Source: Candidatus Saccharimonadales bacterium (GTDB taxonomy: Bacteria > Patescibacteriota > Saccharimonadia > Saccharimonadales > UBA4665). Taken from it: DNA of 64,000 nt. The DNA lies in the NCBI GenBank assembly GCA_035510715.1, contig DATKGQ010000019.1, forward strand, positions 15,153-79,152, read 5' to 3'. Every line of letters begins with the position of its first letter. Position 1 is the stretch's first letter. The notes beneath the pieces are model-generated. The model was not told the origin of the DNA. It saw only the letters and a program-made list of their open reading frames with translations, and ran no database searches. The position numbers and the translations under genes are program-made. Below, in pieces: positions 57,427 through 64,000 of this stretch.

Positions 57427-57430
<4 letters not shown>

Positions 57431-58902
57431 TTGGTTGCCTCGCTGGCAGCCGGTTCCGCGGCGGTCGGTGCCGGTTTTGTCTTAACGGCAATCAGACAAA
57501 GGGATTTAAGCTTATCACGGACGATGCTAAAATCTTTTTCACTTTTGATTTCGTTAACTAAAGCCGGCGCATTCTTTTTCAACAGCGCAACATCAACTTG
57601 CTCATTGTTGCCAAGGTTAAGAATGACATCGAGCATCAGCTGTTGGCACAGTAAGTTATAGGTCTCTCCCGGCCGTTGGTTAAACATCGAGTACAGTAAT
57701 TTGCCACGGATTAAATCCTGACGGGTTTGAAGGGCCAGTTCAGATCCGAAATGAGCATATTCGGAAGCTTGTTCATAGACCGCGAGAGACTGCTGGACCA
57801 ATTGGTTTTGTTTCTTTTGGCGGCTGTTCTGGCCGCGGCCGCCGACGCGGGTGACACTTAAACCGACATTGATTGCCGGACGGACGGTATCGCGGAAGAC
57901 TTTCATGTCCAATATCCACTGGCCGTCAGTAATTGACATCACGTTCGTCGGCAAATAAGCGGTAATGTCGCCGGCTGGCGTCAACACCAGCGGTATGGCC
58001 GTCAGAGAATTGTGATTATCGGCCAGTTTGCCGGCCCGCTCCAATAAACTGGAGTGCGCATAGAACATATCGCCGGGATACGAGTCACGGCCGGGACTGG
58101 CTCCGGAAAGTAAGGAAATTTCACGGTACACCTGGGCATGGCTGGTCAAATCATCGTAGATGACCAACACGTCACGGTTGCACTGCTGCCACAAGTACTC
58201 ACCCAAGGCACAACCGACATACGGCGCCAAGTAGCTTATGGTTAATGATTCGGCCATAGTTGACACGACGACAATCGAGTTTTTCATCGCGTTGTTGACT
58301 TGTAACTGATCAATCAACGTATCGGCGTCAGTACGCCGCTTGGCAATCAGTACATAAATAACGACTACATCCGTGCTGCGCTGGTTGATGGCCAGTTGCG
58401 TCGCCAGCGTACTCTTACCCGACTTGCTGTCGCCGAGAATGGCGATCCTTTGGCCGCGGACTAACGGGAATAAGACATCAACCAAACCGATACCGGTTTC
58501 AAGCTGGTTATCAAGAATTTCGCGTTTATAAAGCATCGGCGCGGCGGCAAAAATCGGCCAGACGGTGTCGGCAGCAATCGGCCCCTTGCCATCAAGCGGA
58601 TCGCCGGTTACCGAAACTACCCGGCCGATATAATCTTTGCCTACTTTCGTGACCAGCGAATCATGCTGTTCAACCACAACCATGCCGGTAGAAAGTTCCG
58701 TTGAACCCAAATGCAGGACAATCACGTGGTCTTCCAGAATCCGGTGTACAAAGCCCTTGCTGCCGTCTTCAAACATTACCAGGGCTCTTAAATTTATCGG
58801 TTGCAAGCCCTTAACCCTGATTAAAAAATGATCAACGGCGATAATTTCACCGACCGACCGGCCGGCAGCGACAAGTTTCTCAAAATGACGGCTGTTGCTC
58901 AT
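57427..58902 (-). CDS. atpA: F-type ATPase alpha subunit (divergent)
   Basis: Walker [12 protein letters not shown] (canonical is GDRQTGKT), [41 protein letters not shown]. Confidence 0.9.
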
Positions 58903-58919
58903 AATTAAATCCGGTTAGC

Positions 58920-59432
58920 CTATTGGCCCTTCAAGGCGCTAATTAATTGATCGCGTTGGTCGATAAAATGGCGGCGCAAGGAAAAATCATACTGTTTACT
59001 GGGCGTGCGGATAATACAGCCGGCCGCGATTCTTGGTTCCAGGCCGATTTTCAGCAGCAAATAGGGGTGGATATTAGTCCGCAGCCAGATAATTATCTTA
59101 ACCGTAAAAGCCGCGGTCGGGTCGGTAGCAAAACTTATATGCAGGACCGGCGCATTTTGTTTAACGGATAGCAGGAAAGCCGCGGCAGCCCGGCGGTCGG
59201 CTGTCTGCAACAGATTAAAATGATTCATGGCTACGAATTCGTCAAGTAAACGGCTGGTCCGGGGAAGTTTCATGCTGCTGCCCGGAGTCCGGATTGCCGC
59301 CTGCATCAAAAAATCATCCAGTCCTTCGACTTCCCTTATCAGACGGCTAACGTCTGCTGTGCCAACCACTTGGACGGGGAGTTGAATCTGGGCATTGGAC
59401 TCACCGTTAGGAGCCATGAATAATATCCTCAA
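58920..59432 (-). CDS. atpH: F-type ATPase delta (OSCP) subunit
   Basis: Position between b and alpha. C-terminal GLEPRIAAGCIIRTPSKQYDFSLRRHF matches the delta pattern (d.sliGG..i..g....D.S). The start is uncertain. Confidence 0.65.
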   Translation of the reverse strand: MRILFMAPNGESNAQIQLPVQVVGTADVSRLIREVEGLDDFLMQAAIRTPGSSMKLPRTSRLLDEFVAMNHFNLLQTADRRAAAAFLLSVKQNAPVLHISFATDPTAAFTVKIIIWLRTNIHPYLLLKIGLEPRIAAGCIIRTPSKQYDFSLRRHFIDQRDQLISALKGQ

Positions 59433-60045
59433 TAATCGATTTTTTGTTAGTTTCCAGATCGCTCAAGATAAATTCCAGCTGGTCGCTCAGGTCAATTTGA
59501 TTGCCGATAGCCGCCAGAACATAGTGATTGATAATTTCAGCCATATTGTCCTCAAACTGCCGGATCAGACGGGCTTTTTCGTCAATGAATTCTTTCTGGA
59601 CCTGCACGCTCAGGGTCCGCCGCTGTTCATCAACAGCGGCGTTGGTCTTCTGGATCGAATCCATGGCCAGCTGCTTGGCGTCATTGATGGACTGCTCATA
59701 TTTGGCAAATTCTTCTTGCAGCTTCCGGGTAATTTCCTGCTTCATGTAATCGTTAAGCTGCGCGGTTGTCAGGCGTAAATCCTGCTGCAGGAACATGGCA
59801 TTCTCACCGATAATTTTTTCAAAATGAAGCCGGCCGCGGTTTCTTAATTCTTCGCGGAATTGGTCATTGAAAATATGCTCGACGTCGCGTTCAGCAGCTT
59901 GGGCATAGGGTACTTCGGGCTTGGTTTTTAGGCGGGCAAGACTGCCCAGCCGCAATGCTAACCAGACAAAAGCCGCCAGCACCAGTATCAGTATGCTTAT
60001 GATTATGATCAGCCACCAAATGGTCATGGATTCCCCACCAGTCAA
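59407..60045 (-). CDS. atpF: F-type ATPase b-like subunit (N-terminal TM plus long coiled coil)
   Basis: 212 aa. TM segment IWWLIIIISILILVLAAFVWLAL followed by a charged helical region. Position immediately upstream of delta. Sequence similarity is weak, so the call rests on architecture and synteny. Confidence 0.55.
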   Translation of the reverse strand: MTGGESMTIWWLIIIISILILVLAAFVWLALRLGSLARLKTKPEVPYAQAAERDVEHIFNDQFREELRNRGRLHFEKIIGENAMFLQQDLRLTTAQLNDYMKQEITRKLQEEFAKYEQSINDAKQLAMDSIQKTNAAVDEQRRTLSVQVQKEFIDEKARLIRQFEDNMAEIINHYVLAAIGNQIDLSDQLEFILSDLETNKKSIIEDIIHGS

Positions 60046-60057
60046 ATATTGCTTACG

Positions 60058-60891
60058 TTAAACCCTCAGAAGTAAATATACCGCAAATAACCCGATAATA
60101 AAAACTATCAGACTGGTCAAAGTCACTTGGATCAGGCTCCGGATAATCGAACGCCTGGAAAGCGGGTTACGGCCAATTGATATAATGCTGCTTCTGATAC
60201 CGGCATGTAACATGCTGCCGGCAATAACCGCGCTAATGGCCAAAATGACCAGGCTGATGTAGACACGGCTTTCGCTGACCGGGCGGTTAGCGACAGTTTG
60301 CCCGGCAGTAATCAAAAAATTCGGTAAATCCGGCCGGGTATTCTGCATCAGCGGATTATGGGCAACATTTATGCTGACATCTATCAGGCCGAGCTGGACA
60401 GTTGATGAACCGCCCGAATTCTTGATAATTGTTGAGCCCAGACTGTCAGTAGTACCTGAGAAGTTTGACAGGGCTTTTCCCAGAACAATCTGATCACTTG
60501 AGTTCGCCTTCATGCCGACGCCATCGATCGATGAAATTGTAATGTAGTCGCCACTGTGGATCGAGCCGTTCTGACTGCTGACTAGGACCTGGTAATTACC
60601 AGTTGCGGCAACATAAGTCTGGTAAGCTGAAGATGAAGTTGACAGCGATACGGCAGCAGTATTGGGATTAACAACCACGCCGAACATTTTGGTGGCATTG
60701 GCTTGAGTCAAGGCTTCCACGTTCGATGAATTGCCGGGTTGAAGTTCAACAATCAAACCGACTTCCAGATTAGAAGAAGCACCGTAGCTTTGAACGACAG
60801 ACTGGGCCTTAGCCATCGGCAGAGTCAACCCAAAACAACAAAGTATGACAACAAGGGCGAGCCAAGTGTAAAAATGCTTAGCCATGATCAT
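60058..60891 (-). CDS. Secreted/anchored protein with a C-terminal c-subunit-like two-helix hairpin, unknown function
   Basis: 277 aa. Signal peptide (PMAKA-QS). About 175-aa S/T/N/G-rich ectodomain. C-terminal ISLVILAISAVIAGSMLHAGIRSSIISIGRNPLSRRSIIRSLIQVTLTSLIVFIIGLFAVYLLL. Lies 12 nt upstream of atpF. Confidence 0.65.
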   Translation of the reverse strand: MIMAKHFYTWLALVVILCCFGLTLPMAKAQSVVQSYGASSNLEVGLIVELQPGNSSNVEALTQANATKMFGVVVNPNTAAVSLSTSSSAYQTYVAATGNYQVLVSSQNGSIHSGDYITISSIDGVGMKANSSDQIVLGKALSNFSGTTDSLGSTIIKNSGGSSTVQLGLIDVSINVAHNPLMQNTRPDLPNFLITAGQTVANRPVSESRVYISLVILAISAVIAGSMLHAGIRSSIISIGRNPLSRRSIIRSLIQVTLTSLIVFIIGLFAVYLLLRV

Positions 60892-60944
60892 GCTTAAGTA
60901 TAACCCTAAAGCGATAGCGCCACCAAGGCTTTGAGCTGTTATTG

Positions 60945-62105
60945 TTAGCCGGCCAGATCTTTAAGAACCTTAACTGTCCGGTGCAAGTCGGACAGCGTCG
61001 TGTCCCGGCCCATACTGAACCGGAGCGAAGACCGGGCATAGTCAGCATTATGCCCGAGAGCCCTCAGAACATGCGACGGTTCCTGTTCGCTGGCGCTGCA
61101 GGCCGAACCGCTGGCCGCCAGAATACCAAGTTCATCCAATTGGAAAAGCAACCTTTCGTTATCTGTGCCAGGCAACGTAATATGAACATTGCTGGGCAAA
61201 CGGTGTGATTTGGAACCGTTGATTAATGCGTTTGCTAATAACCGGCTGATTTCATCAATGAATCTGTCTTGTAAATGTTTCATAGCATAACTGCCAGTCT
61301 TACTGTCCAATTGAGCCAGTTTTAGGGCCACTGAGAAGCCGACGGCACCAGCCACGTTTTCAGTACCGCTCCTATGTCCCATCTCCTGCCCGCCGCCTAA
61401 AATCTGCGGATTAATAACGGCGTGACGGGAGACATATAAAGCACCCGATTGTTTTGGCCCGTAGACTTTGCCGCCGTTAAGGGTCATCAGGTCGACGCCC
61501 AACCGGTCTACGTGAACATCCAGATAATTGCCGGCTTGACAGGCGTCGCTGTGAAAATACAGGGGCAGATCATTGCCAATAAGGCGCCGATGGCGGCGGA
61601 CTTCGGTTATCAGGTGCGAGACCGCCGGCAGCGGCTCAATAGTACCGATTTCATTATTAGCGTACATCACGCTAATCATGGCGGTATGGTCATCAATTAA
61701 GTTCCTTAAGGCATCAACGTCGACCAGTCCGTCAGGGTGAACCGGAGCCAGCCGGCAATCATAGCGTCCGGCCGGCGCCAATACTGACTCGTGTTCAATG
61801 GCGCTGACAATAATATTCGCCGCTGGGAACTGGCTCATAACACCGTAAATGGCAAGGTTATTGGCTTCGGTGCCACCGGCGGTAAAAATAATCTCCAGCG
61901 GTTTGGCGCCAAGTACCATGGCTACTTCCGCCCGGGCGGTATTTAATGCGGCGCTGACTTGCCGGGCAGCTTTATAGACTGCCGACGGATTATAAAAAGC
62001 GCCGGAGAAAAACGGTGCCATGGCCGCCAGCACTTTGTTGCCGACCGGCGTGGCGGCGGCATAATCAAGGTAGATTATCTTAGGTTGAGTTGTATTCTTA
62101 GTCAC
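60945..62105 (-). CDS. Cysteine desulfurase (NifS/IscS class V aminotransferase)
   Basis: IYLDYAAATP, FTAGGTEANNLAI, HSDACQ, NGGKVYGPKQSGALYV (PLP Lys), SGSACS active-site Cys loop. Confidence 0.88.
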   Translation of the reverse strand: MTKNTTQPKIIYLDYAAATPVGNKVLAAMAPFFSGAFYNPSAVYKAARQVSAALNTARAEVAMVLGAKPLEIIFTAGGTEANNLAIYGVMSQFPAANIIVSAIEHESVLAPAGRYDCRLAPVHPDGLVDVDALRNLIDDHTAMISVMYANNEIGTIEPLPAVSHLITEVRRHRRLIGNDLPLYFHSDACQAGNYLDVHVDRLGVDLMTLNGGKVYGPKQSGALYVSRHAVINPQILGGGQEMGHRSGTENVAGAVGFSVALKLAQLDSKTGSYAMKHLQDRFIDEISRLLANALINGSKSHRLPSNVHITLPGTDNERLLFQLDELGILAASGSACSASEQEPSHVLRALGHNADYARSSLRFSMGRDTTLSDLHRTVKVLKDLAG

Positions 62106-62122
62106 AGCTTAAGTTTTTTAAG

Positions 62123-62491
62123 CTACGCCACGGATTGATAGAGTTCAGTTTTGACCCGATAATTGTAGTGCCTGATAGCCGATAAGAAGTTACGTGTTTC
62201 GTTAAGATCGATGTAACGGGTAGGCTGGCCGTCCTGGGATTTTAAAATGCCGTTGGAACGGACGTCGTAACGGGTAGTCACCACGTAAAGCCGGCCGGTT
62301 TTTTCATCAATCCATTCTTCGTGCCAGATCCAGGTCCGTTCATCCAGACAGAAAAATTCACGGCGGCCACCCGGTTTGACCGGCCCGAAAAGCTGACCGC
62401 CAATTTTAGCTTCTTTCCTCATTAAATCGCGGTAGATCCTGGCTGAGCGGTCAGTTGATCGCTGATTGCGCAGGGTGTTAAGCAGCTTCAT
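62123..62491 (-). CDS. Hypothetical protein
   Basis: 122-aa ORF, basic, no TM segment. 14-nt overlap with the upstream ORF. Confidence 0.5.
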   Translation of the reverse strand: MKLLNTLRNQRSTDRSARIYRDLMRKEAKIGGQLFGPVKPGGRREFFCLDERTWIWHEEWIDEKTGRLYVVTTRYDVRSNGILKSQDGQPTRYIDLNETRNFLSAIRHYNYRVKTELYQSVA

Positions 62492-62831
62492 CGTTTATCC
62501 TCCCGTAAACCCGGTCCAGTTCAGCCCTGGCTGACGCCATCAAAGACAGATTGGCAAGAGCTTCAGATACAGGAGTGGCAACCGGATTAACAACTACGGA
62601 TTCGGCGGGTTGGGCGATTGGAATTATTGCCGGCTGGGCAACTATTTCAGGTTGCCTTGAAACAGGCGCAGCATTATTGATGAGTTCAGCCAGTGATTTC
62701 TGGAATTGAACCATGGCCGCCCTGATAGCTAGCTCCACTGCCATATCCCCAGTCTGAGCCCGCACCGCTTCATGAGATTTATCTTGATTGCGGATCTCTT
62801 GTGGTCCTGGTGTGAAAATCGTGTTAGGCAA
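62478..62831 (-). CDS. Hypothetical protein
   Basis: 117-aa ORF, A/P/V-rich middle, no TM segment. 11 nt downstream of tatD. Confidence 0.45.
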   Translation of the reverse strand: MPNTIFTPGPQEIRNQDKSHEAVRAQTGDMAVELAIRAAMVQFQKSLAELINNAAPVSRQPEIVAQPAIIPIAQPAESVVVNPVATPVSEALANLSLMASARAELDRVYGRINDEAA

Positions 62832-62842
62832 AACTTACTCTC

Positions 62843-63619
62843 TTATTTTAAATTAAATAATGTTTCAGCATTACGGGTCGTTGACAGAGCAATAGACTTA
62901 AGGGGCTCTCCTCTTAGGTTACTTATAAACTCCGCAATGACGGGTATGTATTTTGACTCATTAACTTTACCACGATAAGGTGTTGGAGTCAAGAAGGGAG
63001 CGTCAGTTTCCAGCAGTATTTTGTTAAGCGGAACAGCTTTCACGGCCGCCAGCTGAGCTTCATCACGGCTGAACGTCGGGATACCGTTTAAACCGATATA
63101 CAGCCCGCGGGAGAGCGCCTGGTCCAATTCTTTGGTCGTAGCATTAAAACTATGGACTACGCCCCGTAGACCCTTAAAATTATCTAGTACCGGCCAAAAA
63201 TCAGCAAAGGCCTCGCGGACATGAAAAACCAGCGGCAAATGCTGCGATAATGCCAGATTTATCTGAAATTCAAGTAATTTTATCTGCATTTTTGAGGGTT
63301 CGCGGCGGTAGTAATCCAAGCCGCACTCACCGACAGCGACAATCTTATCATTGGGTAAAAGTTGGGCTAGGGCATTTAAGGAGCCCAGGTCATCACCGAT
63401 AGCTGATGCTTCATGGGGATGGATGCCGATGGTGGCATACAGGCCGGGATGTTTGGCCGCCATAGCGATCGCCAGCCGGCTGTCATCAAAGTTGCAGCCG
63501 ACACAAATCAGCCGATTTACTCCGGCCTGTTTGGCTGCCTTGATAACCGCTTTGGGGTCTAGGCCGTAGCCGGGCATATGAACATGGCAGTGGCTGTCAA
63601 CAAAATTCAGCGCCATCAA
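62843..63619 (-). CDS. tatD: TatD family metal-dependent hydrolase/DNase
   Basis: FVDSHCHVH N-terminal metal motif, AVGECGLDYYR, VFHVREAF, GVVHSF, ETDAPFL. Confidence 0.9.
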   Translation of the reverse strand: MMALNFVDSHCHVHMPGYGLDPKAVIKAAKQAGVNRLICVGCNFDDSRLAIAMAAKHPGLYATIGIHPHEASAIGDDLGSLNALAQLLPNDKIVAVGECGLDYYRREPSKMQIKLLEFQINLALSQHLPLVFHVREAFADFWPVLDNFKGLRGVVHSFNATTKELDQALSRGLYIGLNGIPTFSRDEAQLAAVKAVPLNKILLETDAPFLTPTPYRGKVNESKYIPVIAEFISNLRGEPLKSIALSTTRNAETLFNLK

Positions 63620-63699
63620 TAATACCCCCTGATAATTTACAATTAGTCTTCAATAATAGTTTATCGTTTTTTGGTTAAATGGCCAAAGCCACAAAAAAA

Positions 63700-63954
63700 T
63701 TATTTCTGACGAGGTAATTTATTAATCGCTGCAGCAGCCGCCAGTTTGATGGCCTTTTTAGCTGATATTCCTGTAGCCTTGACCGATTCCAGCTCACCTT
63801 CTAAGAACCTTTTGTCGCCAGGATTAGTACTCACCAATCTTGTAACCAGGTAGCCCCCGATAGAGCGAGCTTTCTTTTGGAATTCTTCGGCGATTCTCGG
63901 CGGCAGTTCAGGATGCAAACCGATACGATGGCAATTCTCATAATATCCTTCCAA
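63700..63954 (-). CDS. Hypothetical small protein
   Basis: 84-aa ORF with a TTG start in the track. It lies near the right window edge, so the true start may be further upstream. Confidence 0.4.
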   Translation of the reverse strand: MEGYYENCHRIGLHPELPPRIAEEFQKKARSIGGYLVTRLVSTNPGDKRFLEGELESVKATGISAKKAIKLAAAAAINKLPRQK

Positions 63955-64000
63955 ACCCTCTTTGCTATAATTTACAAACCAGATAACGATCTGATCGTTT

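Overview
This is a densely coding 64-kb chromosomal window with about 65 genes. Nearly all genes from 8 kb onward lie on the minus strand, and many have 4-nt start/stop overlaps.

The backbone is housekeeping:
- Sugar metabolism: glmS, zwf.
- Ribosome and RNA processing: trmD, rpsP, rnc, nusB, rpmF (missed by the ORF track), rplY, mnmA.
- Aminoacyl-tRNA synthetases and translation GTPases: leuS, alaS, obg, lepA.
- Cell wall and division: ddl, murF-like, mltG, ftsA-like, murJ.
- DNA repair: uvrC, uvrA, sbcB, ruvX.
- Other: secG, an F-type ATPase operon, a cysteine desulfurase, TatD, and two tRNAs (Ala-CGC, Leu-CAG).

Several traits suggest a small-genome monoderm of the Patescibacteria/CPR type, possibly Saccharibacteria-like. 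These traits are compact genes, missing operon members, acidic tails on ribosome-associated proteins, and many single-pass membrane-anchored orphan proteins. The lineage call is an inference only.

The parts not explained by housekeeping functions are:
1. A five-gene operon of secreted or anchored surface proteins (48.5-53.8 kb). It has three paralogous beta-rich proteins, a DUF916-like anchored protein and a PKD-domain anchored protein. A divergently transcribed beta-helix/lectin-like surface protein sits next to it.
2. An ATPase operon directly downstream that encodes b, delta, alpha, gamma, beta and epsilon but no a or c subunit. The slot where a/c would sit holds a 277-aa signal-peptide protein. 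Its C-terminal two-helix hairpin resembles a c-subunit but lacks the ion-binding carboxylate.
3. A nickel superoxide dismutase with its maturation protease (sodN-sodX).
4. Several visibly AT-richer islets: an HExxxH DUF1704/MATCAP-like protein, an acidic 404-aa orphan with its own promoter, and a RelE/ParE-Phd/YefM module between the two tRNAs.

I saw no rRNA, CRISPR array, transposase or integrase. All homology statements come from motif recognition by eye. No searches or computations were run.
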